64,000 bases of DNA from contig JBLDXI010000015.1 of NCBI GenBank assembly GCA_047495785.1, forward strand, positions 620,001 through 684,000, read 5' to 3'. The translations under genes and the position numbers were made by a program. This DNA is from Lepidodermella squamata (taxonomy: Eukaryota > Animalia > Gastrotricha). The notes beneath the pieces were generated by a model. That model ran no database searches and was not told where the DNA came from. It saw only the letters and a list, made by a program, of their open reading frames with translations. Positions within the stretch are counted from its first letter, which is position 1, and each line of letters starts with the position of its first letter. Positions 1-13,330 of this stretch are shown piece by piece.

Positions 1-2478
1 TTCAAGGAAAATGCGGCAAGAATATGTTCATTTTCAATTCGAGCGACGTATGGTCTTCTGGAGTAGTCGGAGGAGCCCCAGCTCCTCTTTACAAGTGAGA
101 TTGTGTTCTTACTTACCCGAATTACATTGTCCATTATTCTCTTGTGCAAGGTATCCTTGGCTTGCTCGCTTGGAAATAACAACCTCGCCAGGACAGATAA
201 CATCTTCTGTAAGCGCTGTCATCATCGATGACCGTTACCTTCTCACGTCTGCAAAAGCCATAATGTAAATATAATCTTATTGATTTCAGCAATAAACATT
301 GATCTTTTGATTAGGGAATTTGGAATCGAACCTAGCGCCAAGTTTTATCCTGTGCAAATCAAAGCAATTTTCGGCGATCTCGACTCGACTATCAAAGAGT
401 CCACCGAATTTACAATTGTAGCCGAAGATTACACTTGGCACCCGTTGTTCGCAGTTGAACCGTTGCGTTATGATTTTGCGATAATCAAACTGTCGAAGAG
501 TCTCGAATTCACGGGTAATTGGGCTGTACAGAAAATCTGCCTGCCAACATCCTGCACTGATGAATGCAATCAGGCTGGCAGTAGAGTTGCTATAGCTGGT
601 AAAGTTTTATGTCGAAAATTACAAGCCATTCTCACTCAACAATTTATTCATAGGATGGGGGTCCAACATCGATCTTGCGTGGCCTACACCTTCTAACTTG
701 CTGCAGGAAACTTATTTAAGTATCGCGGATCGCTGGCGATGCATGCATGAGTTCAATTCAACCGCATCGTATATTACTGACGAAATGATGTGTGCAGAAG
801 GATCGGCAACCATCGGGCCGAGACGTTACGACCAAGGAACGCCGCTGGTCTACACTAACGGCTTGAGTTACACGCTATGCGGCACCTTTTCAGACTCTGC
901 TATGGACAAATCATTAAGCATATTGTAGGTGTTACATGCGTAGAATCAGATTCTGCTTCAGCGAAGCTTTTACAAGACCGCTTGCTAATTGCTAATCGCT
1001 AACTGACAATCGAAATTTTTCCAGCGCTCGGGTTTGCTCCGTTTTGCCGTGGATTCACAACGTGATGAGCCAAAAAAACGCCGCAATACCTCCGACCCCA
1101 AAATTCTTCAGCAAGTGCGGTCATTCCATGTACTTCAACAATTATAAACAACAGGGAGACGCTATCACGGGCGGTTCAATAGCTTTACCCTACCAGTTTC
1201 CGTGGTACGAATCATTTCCGCTTTGCTATACGAAAAATATATCTAGGATTCGTTAAAAGGTACGTTCGACTTGAGGTTACCTACACTGACTTGTCAGTCT
1301 ACGGTTGCGGTGGAACGATCATCAGCGAAAAGTAATTCTGAATGGTTAAAAACTAAAACCAAACTTTTTACATTTTGACATTAGTCACATTCTATCTGCT
1401 GCTCACTGCTTCGTGTTTCCAGGGAAGCGTCTAAAGTAAGCGTTTTGTAAACTATGATAATTCAGAGTGATTTAATTATTCCGCGAGGTTTTTTCATCTT
1501 GAATATATTTCAGATCTGTTGATGTTTTTTTCGCTGAGCGGAACCGAACGAAAACGAAACATAAGCGCTTCATGACCTCACCTGCATCTTACGTCAAAAT
1601 TCACGAACGTTACAGAGAGAAGACCATTGTAAATGACATTGCCCTGATAAGATTGCCAAGTGGGAATCTCATTAAATAATTTCACATTTTTTTGGCAATG
1701 AAATACTCCTTTTCAGAATATTTGGATTTTGACGCTGATTGGAAGGTACAACCAGCTTGTCTGCCCACGTCTGCTAGTGACGACTGTCCGGTTGGAACCA
1801 TGATGACTGCCGCAGGTATTGCTTGAGCTGCATTGACAGTTAACCTGGCTAACAGCTTTCTTTCAGGATTTGGTGACACGAGTTATCGTGGTCTTCCGTC
1901 TGATGTGCTCCGTTGGGTGACTATGCCCGTAGTAAGCGAAGAGGAATGCAAGGCACATTTTGCAAGCGGCACGACGCCTATTTCTGATTCACAGATATGC
2001 ACAGGTTAAACATAATTCCTTAGCAAATCTGCCCATACTTGTATATGACAAAAGTATGCAAAAAAATTTGAATTAGCGTATTTGAATGTTCGTTTGTGGC
2101 ATGGTTCCCGTCAAATTCAAATAAGCAAATCATCAAAAAAGACTGCGCAACGTTTTTTGTAAAACAAGTAGAAAACACGAGTTTGCGGCCCGCCCTTGAA
2201 AAAAGTTAAGGCCTATTTTGCATAGGTCTTGGGCAGGCGGGCAAAGTGGTTATAAGTCCTGAGATTTTTCAATGTTAAATATATTTTGTTTGATAGGTTT
2301 TGAGGGTTCCGGGCCGGCGACCTGCCAGGGGGATTCGGGCGGAGGTATCTGGTCGGTGAAAGATGGCTACTACAAGCAATGCGGAATCGTCAGCTTCGCC
2401 CAACAGTGCGCATATCGGTACACTGTCTTCACTCGCGTCACGTCGTATCTCAGATGGATTCGTAGAAATCAAAAATGA
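1..2478 (+). CDS. Two-domain S1 serine protease, copy 1 (5' end outside window); N-terminal pseudo-protease plus active C-terminal protease
   Basis: Multi-exon, GT-AG introns (e.g. 95-150, 265-314, 599-653). Domain 1: VVGG..YPWLA, LLTSAKAI (His lost), YDFAII, YDQGTPL (Ser lost). Domain 2: [30 protein letters not shown]. Stop at 2478. Confidence 0.9.
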
Positions 2479-2680
2479 GGAAAGCAAACACCTCACTACA
2501 CGAAATGAACCGTCAACAAAATAATACCTAGTACCAACCCATTTTCAACAAATGAATAAAATATATTTGAAAAATTGCTCATTTTACCAGCTCGTTCGTC
2601 AGGTACTTTTTTGTTAAACAAAAAAAAACAACAACAAAAACAACAACAACAACTTGAATTGGAAAAAATTGAAATTAGAA

Positions 2681-2925
2681 AAATTGCCATCGAACCTGGC
2701 AACAAAATATGTCCTGGGCAAACCACAGCTATTCTCGGCGGTGTTTATTAGAAACGATCGAGCAAGGATTCTGATCTGAAGAGTCGTAGGAAGTCTCTAT
2801 AGTCACTGTTGTTGACGGCTCTTTTACAAACTGTGCGGCATCGCCAGTTTTGCCGAGAAGTACGGAGTCTGATAAGTGCACGCGTGATGTCCTATCTCAA
2901 CTGGATAAAAACTAATATGACCTGA
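2681..2925 (+). pseudogene. Collapsed relic of a protease paralog
   Basis: 2681-2745 resembles the [20 protein letters not shown] exon; about 2810-2925 resembles the last exon of copy 2 (9350-9470) with indels; the middle of the gene is missing. Confidence 0.7.
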
Positions 2926-3061
2926 GAAGTGCACCATTTTATTTTGCTACGAAAATATCGAAAATCGAAATTCAATTGATTCCTTTTAATTTGATTATAA
3001 TTCCTGTTTTTTTCAAATAAAGACGATTATTATCTCTCATTTGACTATATGCATATTCGGG

Positions 3062-3198
3062 CAGTGGTTCTCAAAACTTTCGAGGCTGTGAATGAAAAGT
3101 GGCACGGCAAGGGTTTAGCGTCGTGCCATTCCGAGATTTTCCAGCACCTTGAGGTACCTTGAATCGCAGTGTTCCACCAAATCGCCGTGTTGAGAATG
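3062..3198. mobile_element. Degenerate hAT-like MITE
   Basis: Starts CAGTGGTTCTCAAA (hAT/Charlie-like terminus) and ends near GTTGAGAA, a partial inverse. Confidence 0.35.
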
Positions 3199-3518
3199 GT
3201 AATACGATGAGTTGTATAACATGTTTTCTGTGTGTTATCAAACTCAAAGAATGGAACATCATAAAAAAGTTAGTTCGCTATTTCACTCTCTTTCGTGCAC
3301 TTTGTCACAGTCTCTAACTAGCTCACACGCAGTCTTGTCCGGGTGTTATCTGTATCAGTAAGCAAATATAGGCGACTGCATATGGCATGAATGATAGTAT
3401 TCCTGGCATTGAATCATACGCTTATCTGCAAACACCAGTTAGGAGTTTCCCCCCACCCACACGCTTTGCATGCTATATTATTTTGCTATTTTGTCTGAAA
3501 GCCTTTTCTTACTTAATA

Positions 3519-4868
3519 ATGCTCACGTTGGTCTCGATTTTTCTACCCGCAATTTCGTGTGTGCCCATAGTCAGCGCTCAATGGATCAACGCTGGAGGCG
3601 ACCATGCGCATACAGGCTTCAAAAATGAAAGCATCGGCTCATCACCATCGAATTTTAAAAGTCCAAAAAAGTGGGAGACTGAACTTCAGGGATTGGATTT
3701 CGTGAACCCAACCCAGTTGCTGGTTTACGACAACAACGTCTTCGCGCTCAATGACAACGGAATGCTGTTTATCCTAGACGCTTCCGCTGGCACATTGCTG
3801 AAGAGCATCCAGTTGCCAAATTTGGACAAAGGCACTACCAATACCAATAGGCTGTTCCTACAGAGCTTGATATCAAAATTCGACGACACCTATTACATGT
3901 ACATCCGGTGCGATGCGAAAGTCGATGAATTCACGATTACTAACACGTATCGATTCGATATTTCGGCGCAGAAAGTCGTCGATTTTTGGCGAGCAAACCA
4001 CTCCAGCCCAATTGAAAGCTCTTTCGTCAGCTCAGCTAGTGATTTTTGGTATTCGATCTCGCCTTCGCAGCTTAGTTCAGTCGCATATTTTTACACCAAC
4101 ATCGCGGGAGCTCCTTATATACAAGTTGCTTTGACAGGATTCGAAATTTTCGCATCTTCAGTCAGCACGGACAATCGGTTATTTGTAAGTCACGCCTTTT
4201 CCCTAACTGAATTGAACCCACAAACTGGAGAGATTGTCCAAACCCTGCAATTCCAAGACACGAAAGAGCAAGGAGCGACAGCTCTGCCCTTTACACCAGT
4301 TGTGTCGAACAACCTAGCCGTAGTCCTGAGCGCGACGTGCCCTGCTGTGGGCTGTTCAATTAACATGCATGGAATCGACTTATCAACTCCTGGTAAAATG
4401 GCTCAAAAATGGCGGACAAATGACGTTTTTACGGACCCAAAAGACTGTGACAGCATCGCAACGGATGGCAAATCGATTTTCCTTACTGACCGGTCGAAAT
4501 TTGCCCTGGTTGAGTTGAACTTTGCGACTGGTGCCATAGTTAACACCCATGTCTGCGGAAAGATCGGTAGCAAAATAAGTTTGCAGCCTCGAACGATCGT
4601 TTTGGCGGATTACGTAATTTCCGAGGCTTGCAACGCCGTCTCGGTGTTTGACCGATCGCAGAAGAAGTTTGTTGCCCAGAATCTAGGATCCGGCGATGGG
4701 CTTACTTACTACAAAAAGAAGGTTTTCTTCCGGATGACAGAATCGACTAAGAACGCGAGGATTCTAAGCTACGAACTTGATGCCTCGCAACCTGCTAAAG
4801 GTTCTTCGCTAAGCTTGAGTGTGATGCTGATTTTCGCTTCCATTTTCGCTACAAATCTTATTCAGTGA
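3519..4868 (+). CDS. Secreted, probably GPI-anchored PQQ/BamB-like beta-propeller protein, copy 1 (intronless)
   Basis: Signal peptide MLTLVSIFLPAISCVPIVSA; QWINAGGDHAHTG motif; blade repeats LFILDASAGTLL, LTELNPQTGEIV, LVELNFATGAIV; hydrophobic C-terminal tail SLSVMLIFASIFATNLIQ. Confidence 0.8.
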   Translation: MLTLVSIFLPAISCVPIVSAQWINAGGDHAHTGFKNESIGSSPSNFKSPKKWETELQGLDFVNPTQLLVYDNNVFALNDNGMLFILDASAGTLLKSIQLPNLDKGTTNTNRLFLQSLISKFDDTYYMYIRCDAKVDEFTITNTYRFDISAQKVVDFWRANHSSPIESSFVSSASDFWYSISPSQLSSVAYFYTNIAGAPYIQVALTGFEIFASSVSTDNRLFVSHAFSLTELNPQTGEIVQTLQFQDTKEQGATALPFTPVVSNNLAVVLSATCPAVGCSINMHGIDLSTPGKMAQKWRTNDVFTDPKDCDSIATDGKSIFLTDRSKFALVELNFATGAIVNTHVCGKIGSKISLQPRTIVLADYVISEACNAVSVFDRSQKKFVAQNLGSGDGLTYYKKKVFFRMTESTKNARILSYELDASQPAKGSSLSLSVMLIFASIFATNLIQ

Positions 4869-6703
4869 ACAAAAAAATAAACTATGAGATGCTAATAGGC
4901 TAGTTTAAAGCGATCGAGTGGCGAGGTTCAATCTTTGACAATTTCAAGGTTGAGTTCAGCGAATCAATTCAGCGGATTTCTTTTCTTAAAGTTTGGCCCC
5001 TCCTTTATTAAAATGAGCTGATGCTTTCCCGTCCGAACACTACTTTTGTTCATTCCAATCACAGTCGCCGCGAACTTCTGATCTCGTCATTAATCTCAGC
5101 ACCAAATAACTCAGCGGCATTTCATATTAATGTTATCAACAACTGAGGGGAATATTGACGATTCAAACCTAGCTTCAAATGAAATGCGAAATAATTTTAA
5201 AATTAACAATTAACAATTTTTTTTAGCTATTGATTGATTGCTTGTTAACATTAATTTTTGTGGCAACCTAACCCGAAATTGAAATTGAAAAAATCCCAGG
5301 TGAAATTTAAATAAGCGTGCGAGCGATACGAGGAGCGAGGACAATTTTCTAATTTGACACTAAGAAACGACGTATTACTAAGAAAAAGATAACCGTCCTG
5401 GGGTTATATTTCGGATCTCGCGCCTCGATTTGCAAGCCGGCAGTGGACGCATTGCGCAATTTAGGAATCGGCAAACCGACCATCCATCGAATCCTTTCGG
5501 AAATAGCCTATCGCAGCAGCAAGATGATCAATTCTTTCCTCTACGAACCCGTTAAATGAAATAATCCTTAACCTTAAAACACACATCCAAAGAAATTCTA
5601 GTTACTCCAGTGTCGTTATGGCAACTGTTATTTATAAATAACAGCGGGCTTTTATTGTTTATAACAATAAAATATATATACTTATTACGTATTACGTATT
5701 ACTTCTTAAAAATGAGAAAGGCCTCGGGTTATTCCCAGAAATTCCCCAGAAATTTTTCCCACAGGGTGACTTTGATCTCTTGAAAAACCCGGCCTACTGC
5801 CTACTATAGACAGTAGTTGAATGTCTTTGAAGGTTGCTAATAATTCTTGCACCAACATTTGTGTTCAATTAGTTCTTCTTTTAGTACTTATTTTGCCACA
5901 CAAGAGAAAAGAGGGAAGTGTAATTTGTTGTCTGAAATGAGTTTTTGTGCCCCAAACGAACTCATCATATCTAAAATGCTTGCTCATGAACACGAGTGCA
6001 TCACAAGCTAGGCTCACTGCCGCCCGCCACCGGCTACCTTCAATGAGCAAAGCCTCGCCGGGCTTCCGAGCACTGGGAGGTAGATTGAACTTATTGCTAA
6101 GCAACAGGCTTAACTGTGAAAGGACTGCCCATCTCTCCATTTATTTTATTTTCAACAATCTCAATAATGCAGCTTACTAGCGTAATCTTAATAGTGTTAG
6201 TATTTGCTCATCAATGTAAAGCCTGCAAGCCATCGGCTTCCAATTCTTTAAGTATAATCCAGTCTCAGCTAGCAGGGGTTGAACTCAACAGTGGTCATGC
6301 TTACCGAGCACAACGTTCGGATCAAGAAAAGAGCTTTCAGGGCAAATGCGGCAAAAATATGTTAATTTTTAACTCGACCAACGTGTTTTCGGCTGGAGTT
6401 ATCGGCGGAGCCCCGGCTCCACTTCACAAGTGGGCATGCTTATTTCCCCAATGAATAAGTCATCATTTTGAGAATCCTAGGTACCCCTGGCTTGCTCGCC
6501 TACAAATAACAACCAGTTTCGAATCAGATAATAGACGAGCATTCACACCAGCCCCGACAATCTCTTACATAGGCGCTGTTATCATTGACAATCGCTACCT
6601 TCTCACGTCTGCCGTAGCAATCCTGTAAATCTGATTTTGGCTGATTAGCAACGATGAGCATCGATCCTTTTTACAGGAAACTTGGAATTGAACCTGGCAC
6701 AAA
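3572..6703 (+). repeat. Segmental duplication, donor copy (matches 13713-16844)
   Basis: Appears identical at offset 10141, including intergenic DNA; identical ORFs in the track. Confidence 0.95.
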
Positions 6704-9470
6704 GTTTTACCCTGGGCAAATCAAGGCGATTTTCGGCGATGTCGACTTGACTACAACTGAGCCAACCGAATTTTCTATTCTAGCTGAAGATTACACGTGG
6801 CACCCGTTATTCACAACCAAGCCGACGTTGAATTATGATTTCGCCATCATCAAACTGTCGAAACGTCTCAAATTCAAGGGCAACTGGGCAGTACAGAAAA
6901 TCTGCCTGCCAGCTTCTTGCTCCGACGAATGCAACGAGGCTGGTAGCAGAGTTTTCATAGCTGGTATGACAGGAAGAAAATTATCAATGAGTATCAGTCG
7001 TCATTTTATGTCACTAGGTTGGGGTGCCAACAACGACTCATTGGCGAAACCTTCATACTCTCTGCAAGAAACATCCTTAAATATCGTTCAACGCTGGCGA
7101 TGCGCTCTGGGGCTTTTGTCCTCATTAACCGACGAAAAGCTGTGCGCCGAAGGATCATCAACGCTCGGGCCTAGGCGTTATGACGAAGGATCACCTCTTG
7201 TATACATGAATGGATCGAATTACTTGCTTTGTGGTACACTCTCCACGTATATCCAGTCACCACCCTTTAGTGCTTAGTAAGTTATTATTGCAACCTCAAC
7301 AGGCATCCTTTGTGCGCTAGAACTTCATTCAATTGTTGGATTATGATCACTTCTGTTATCGTTAGCATCGTCAAACTCGGATTTTAGCTTGTTTACATCT
7401 TGCATCCGTATTAAGGTGACGGGTGACATGTAAAAACAACCATTCACTTACTTCACTTAACCCTAATGTCATCAGGGTTTTAAAAGTTAGAAATTATAAT
7501 TCTAGCGCTCGCGTTTGCTCTGTTCTACCGTGGATTCGTAACGTGATGGCCCAAAAAAACGCAGCGATACCACCCGCGCCGACAGGCTTCAGTGAATGCG
7601 GCCACTCCAAGTACTTTCACTACATTGACTATCCCGGCTTCGGAATCACAGGCGGTACAATAGCTTTACCAGGCCAGTTTCCGTGGTACGTTTCATTGCA
7701 CGAAATGCTGCTGCCAATGCTTTATCCATCATATATGCAAGGTACGTTCGACTGCATGTTATTACGACTGACGGGACAACGTATCTCTGCGGTGGAAGTA
7801 TTATCAGCACAAAGTAAATCCGTACAACAGCAACAACACTTTTAGAATTATGCCATTTTCGCTACAGTTATATCTTGACCGCTGCTCACTGCTTCGATAA
7901 TCCCGGCAAAACGTTTTTGTAAGATTTTTGAATATTTTAATTCATTGATGACGATACTTCCTACAACATCCGATTAATGAGACGCGGCGCCTCGATTTAA
8001 ACGCCTGATTTGTGTGCCATTTTTAAACAACGTTCAACGGTCATTGCGGCAAAAAATTACCTCATTAGCAGCGACCGTTATTTCTCTTCTGGGACAAGCA
8101 AAAAATCTCATTAATGAACATCGCGTCTATTCGCAAGGATCAGTGTTTTGCAGTGGCCTGAAGATCTCGATCTTGAAGAAACGGCGGGCCTTAGAGAAAA
8201 TTTCATAACGAACTTTCTCTATAGCGAATGCCGCGAGGTGGCCCGCTCGTGCGTCAACACGGGCATTTTACCATCGTTACGAACCCGAATATTTTAGTGA
8301 ATTTTTATTTGAAACTAGGGATAAGAATTCCAAATCAGAAATCTTGTCGTCAGAATAGAGCCACAGTGCCGATAATGAGGAAAACTTCAAAAAAAGTCAA
8401 GAAAATTCCAATAAAGTCAATTATAGCAACCCCGGTTGCAGTGAACTATCGCTATAGCGAACGTTTTTTTCTGGCATTATACGAGTTCGTTATAACTATT
8501 TACACTGTATATATGAAATGTTTACCTTTCATACTTGGTACACATGGTTCGTGATGATCAGAGAGAGTTCAGAGGTCCTATAAGCCCACTTGAGGCCCAA
8601 TAATATCATCGGAAACCATGTTCTCAGTTTAGGCCCAGACCAAGCAAGTCCATATCATTAAGGCCAGAAATATGGTTGACGGATGAAATAAGACGCACGA
8701 GTGTATTACATGAGAAAAATATTCCCTTATCATTCGCAGACACGTCAAAGTATTCTTTGCTGAGTGGAACAGCACAGATACGACTGAGATCGATCGATTT
8801 CAAATGACTTCCATATTCGTGAAGCTCCACGCGCTATACAACAACCAGACCGACGAAAACGATATAGCTCTGATAAAATTGCCAAGTGAAAGAAATTAAA
8901 ATTAATCTAATTCGTTTCGAATGATGCAATTAAAAACTTACAGACCATTTGAAATTTGACGTCGATTGGAATGTACAACCAGTTTGCCTCCCATCTTCAG
9001 CTACCGACGATTGTCCTGTTGGAACCAAAATGACTGTCGCAGGTAGTTTATTAGTATAAAGGATTTTCTGTTGTACTTACATCTCTGATAGGATTTGGAC
9101 GAACGAACAATAAAGGCGAAGAATCTGATGTGCTACGCTGGGTAACTACACCTATTGTTAGCAAAGGGACTTGTCAAAGATCTTATCCAAACCATCCTAT
9201 CTACGATTCGATGCTATGTACAGGTAAATTTCCAGTTTTAAATAAGGAATCTCAACATCTTGCAATTTTAATTTTCGATGCACGACAGGTTACGCAGGCT
9301 CAGGGCCAGATTCCTGCCAGGGTGACTCAGGTGGTGGTCTCTTTTCAGCAAAAGATGGCTACTACAAACAGTGCGGCATTGTCAGTTTCGGCGATGAGTG
9401 CGGGTACAAGTACGGAGTCTACACCCGCGTAGCGTCGTATCTCAACTGGATAGAAGCTAATATGACATGA
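6167..9470 (+). CDS. Two-domain S1 serine protease, copy 2 (apparently intact; trypsin-like S1 Asp)
   Basis: Signal peptide [19 protein letters not shown]. Domain 1: [15 protein letters not shown] (inactive). Domain 2: [31 protein letters not shown] at 9468-9470. Confidence 0.9.
8195..8512. mobile_element. Tc1/pogo-type MITE remnant in an enlarged protease intron
   Basis: Right end GAGTTCGTTATAACTATTTACACTGTA, with subterminal TATAGCGAA/ATAACGAA motifs; left end unclear. Confidence 0.45.
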
Positions 9471-10050
9471 GAAGAGCAAGCAATTTTATGTTGTTACGAA
9501 AATATCAAAAATCAGAATTTTATATTTACTTCTATTTTTTCAAAGCTGCATATAATTCCTGCTTTTGCAAATAAAGAAAACTATTTTCTCTCGTTTGAGC
9601 GCGAAGCAAGATCGTCATATTAGAGGTCCAACCTTTTCGGCCAAAGGTTTTTTTTTGAGGGGCCATGCGAACTTGTGTGGAGAGTGGGGTCAATTCGGTT
9701 TCTGCAGTCCATCCGCAGCACAAAATCGATTAAATGGCTTTTAGCTTTAACAATTTACTTGGTGTATTTTGTACCACCATGTATAAGTAGAAGTGTTGTT
9801 TTGTCCGAAATTAGTTTTAATGAACTCAACGAACTCATCATATCCAAGTTATTTAGTTATTTACAAATACCGCTCGTGAACATTACCGGGTACCCTTTTC
9901 GCCGCCCGCCAACGGCGTCCTTTAATTAACTGAGCCGCTTGGGCCACCAAATAATGGCAGTGTTTTTCGACCCTGAGCCCTGAGTAACAGTAATAACTCA
10001 TCAGTAACTCAACAGTAATGCCACCAACATTCATTTTTCCGAATATCAAA

Positions 10051-12769
10051 ATGCAGCTTGTCAGGTTCATTTTTGTTACGCTCGCTCTTGCTCAGAATGA
10101 GGCATGTAAGCCATCCACCCCCTATTCGATAATTTCAATCCAGACTCAGCTAGCGGCGGTTGAACTCAACAGCGGTTCGGCTTACCGAGAAGAACGCTCA
10201 GGTCAGGAGCGGCGCTTCCAAGGCAAAAACATCTTCATTTTCAATTCGAGCAACGTGTGGTCTGATCGAGTGGTCGGCGGGTCCTCAGCCCATCTTTACA
10301 AGTAAGACTGCGCAACTCGAAGATTTCTTCTTCAGTTTTTTCAAACTTCTAAGGTACCCTTGGCTAGCTCGCTTGGAAGTAACTACGAGTTTCCTGCATG
10401 TTGACAGACGATCAACAACACCCCAGCCGATAACGTCTTCTATTAGTGCTGTTATCATCGATGAAAACTACCTCCTAACCTCTGCATGGGCTATATTGTA
10501 AACCAATTCATATTTAATGAACGAAAATGACTCATCGTTTCAGGAAAATCGGGATTGAGCCTGGTACCAAGTTCTATCCCGGGCAGATAAAAGCGGTTTT
10601 CGGCGAAGTGGACCTGACTACAACAGAGCCAACTGAATTTTCTGTTCTAGCCGAGGATTACACGTGGCACCCCTTATTCACAGCCGAACCTTTGCTCTAT
10701 GATTTCGCAATCATCAAACTGTCCAAGAGGCTCAAGTTCAAGGGTAACTGGACAGTACAGAAAATCTGAGTTGTTATTGCTGGTAAGATTTGTTGAAAAG
10801 TCGAGGTATATCAGTCAACTTTTCGCTGTCGTTAGGTTGGGGCTCTAACAGCGACATTACAGAGGTTAAACCTTCAAACCTGTTGCAGGAAGCTTATTTA
10901 TACATTGCTGATCGCGGAAGATGCGCCAAAGAGCTCAACGGAACAGCACTGGCATCCACTGACGAAAAGCTGTGTGCAGAAGGATCGGAAACGATAGGAG
11001 CGAGGCCTTATGACCAAGGGGCGCCGCTGGTCTACACAAACGGCTCGAGTTACATGCTTTGCGGAACCTATTCCAACTCTGTAGAGGGGAAATCAATCAG
11101 TGCGTAGTAAGTGATGAAAGAATCAGAGTATTTCTCTACGGCTAGCTACAGTTTTACATTTATGCTTAATTATAATCCGACAAACTTTCATTTGACCGCA
11201 AAAGGCTTATTGTTAGCCTTAGCGTTGTGCCGTTTACCATTTACTGTTTACCGCACAGGAAAACAATGGCTAAATTGCTTTACCGTCAACCAGGTCGCTA
11301 TGCCGCGTACCTGGCGGTCAATTACGAATTCTAAATACGTTTAAACACTTGCTTCTTTATTTTAGCGCTCGGATTTGTTCCGTCTTGCCGTGGGTCTACA
11401 ATGTGATTGGCCAGAAAAACGCCGCGATACCACCAGGGCCTGTTGGCGAAAGCGAATGCGGGCATTCAAAATACTTCAACAGCCATGGGGCGCCGGGAAA
11501 CGCAATCACAGGTGGTTCAATAGCGTTGCCGAACCAGTTTCCGTGGTACGTCGCGTTTCTGATTTACTATTTGCCTCTATGTTGTCTCTGTGGTCATTGA
11601 AAGGTACGTTAGACTAGAGGTTACCTATACCAATGGGTCAATCTTTACGTGCGGTGGAACTATCATCAGCGAAAAGTAAATCCGAAAATTATAATGATAG
11701 AGTATCAATCACCTTTATTTGTGTTAGTTATATCCTATCAGCTGCTCACTGCTTCGTGCTACGTGGAATAGCTTTAAAGTAAGATTTACTCAACGTCGAT
11801 ACAATTAATGATTCATTTATATAGTAATGGGTTTAAATCCTCCTTAGCAGACATTGAAGCATCTTCAGCCTAGTTTTTTCTGTCAATTTCTAGAATTGAA
11901 CCAATCTTTCAATTTCCATGCTAGTCTTCAAACGATTTTTGGGGTCCTAGAAGGTTTAAGTTAAGGAAGCTCTGATTTAAGTATCTTCGTCGACCGTTGA
12001 TTGGACCTGTTGAATGGTTGAATATTATTCGTAGGTCCGTCGATGTGTTCTTCGCTGAGTGGAACAGAACAAGTTCGACAGAACCCGGAGTTTTTAGAAT
12101 GACGTCGCCAGCTTCGAATGTCAAAGTTCACGAGCATTACAACGATCAGACCGTTGAAAATGACATCGCATTAATAAAATTGCCTGGTAACATTCAAAAA
12201 AATTGTTATCCAAGCTTGAAACTCAAATTTCGGACTATTTGGATTTTTCCATTGATTGGAACGTCGAACCGGTTTGCCTTCCGAAGTCGGCTACTGACGA
12301 TTGTCCTGTTGGAAAGCGCGCAGGAAAATGTACAAGTTCGAAATTCAGAAGAATAACGGCACGCTAGGGGTTGGATATTCGTGGTGCGTAGAATAAAAGG
12401 CGAAATTTTCTTATTTTCGCTTTGTCATTGGTATTTCAAGTTTCTTTTAAATTTGAACAGAAGTTTTCCCTGAAATGTTCAACATCACCCCAAAATAGCC
12501 TAAAATAGCGCGCCTAAAATAGCTATTTCTAGTTTATTTTTTATTTGTTTATAATTCATAAAAAATGGATTTTGAACATTTACACAGGTTTTGAGGGTTC
12601 CGGGCCTGCTACCTGCCAGGGTGATTCAGGCGGTGGTCTTTGGTCGACGAAAGATGGCTACTACAAACAGTGCGGCATCGTCAGTTACGGCCAGCAATGT
12701 GCATATCGGTACACAGTCTTCACCCGCGTTATTTCGTATCTCGATTGGATTCGTGAAAACCAAAAATGA
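10051..12769 (+). pseudogene. Two-domain S1 protease, copy 3, disrupted
   Basis: 9-bp deletion removes CGK in exon 1; 45-bp deletion creates TGA at 10767-10769; an exon is truncated near 12315 and the following GFG...ICT exon is missing. Confidence 0.85.
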
Positions 12770-13059
12770 GGAAACAATATTAAAATAAATGAGGAAAGCC
12801 ATGCATTTCTTGCGTAAAAAAATTATGAACATACAAGGACATCGAAATATCCATGAAAGTGAATCTTACCCAACATGCATCTATTGAAAATAAGGATCGA
12901 ATCATTCGATAAGCATCGTCGATGAACTGTTATTGAATCACTTGAAAGTTCTGGTTATCGCTCTGGCTTCCGCCCGCAACCTAGGTGACCCTGCTCCCTA
13001 CCGTCACGTGTTTTTGTGCGCTACACCCTATGCGGTATAAAATTTAATAGATTCTTGAG

Positions 13060-13330
13060 AAACTTGCAGTGGTCGAGTACTCGTTTAAACACAACTTGAG
13101 TGACACTTCACGCGAATTCGGCTGCGATCCAAAACGCATTCGTGAGTGGCGACAGCAGGATGAGCGATTAAGTGAGATGGAGCCAGAAGCTAAGCAACTA
13201 CTGTGACAAAATATAACCGAATCGAGAGTCTAACAAATCGCCCATCTCTGTTAGTAGCCCACTTTTTTGGACTTTTTTGGGGTTTGAAAATTTAGTAGCC
13301 CCGGCTGCTATTAAAACAAATACGACGGTA
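13060..13330 (+). mobile_element. pogo-like transposon remnant (Brinker-type DNA-binding domain plus right end)
   Basis: Translates KLAVVEYSFKHNLSDTSREFGCDPKRIREWRQQ (Brinker-type HTH as in pogo/POGK); ends TAGCCCCGGCTGCTATTAAAACAAATACGACGGTA. Confidence 0.7.

Noticed and set aside
3387-3518. N-terminal extension of propeller copy 1
   Set aside because: Homologous to non-coding promoter sequence in the other copies; the signal peptide starts at 3519.
5622-5672. Two short AT-rich palindromes (also at 15763-15813)
   Set aside because: Short and AT-rich; probably repeat debris with no supportable function.
10767-10769. In-frame TGA at a Cys position, suggesting selenocysteine
   Set aside because: It is the junction of a 45-bp deletion (TG + A), and the gene has other disabling lesions.
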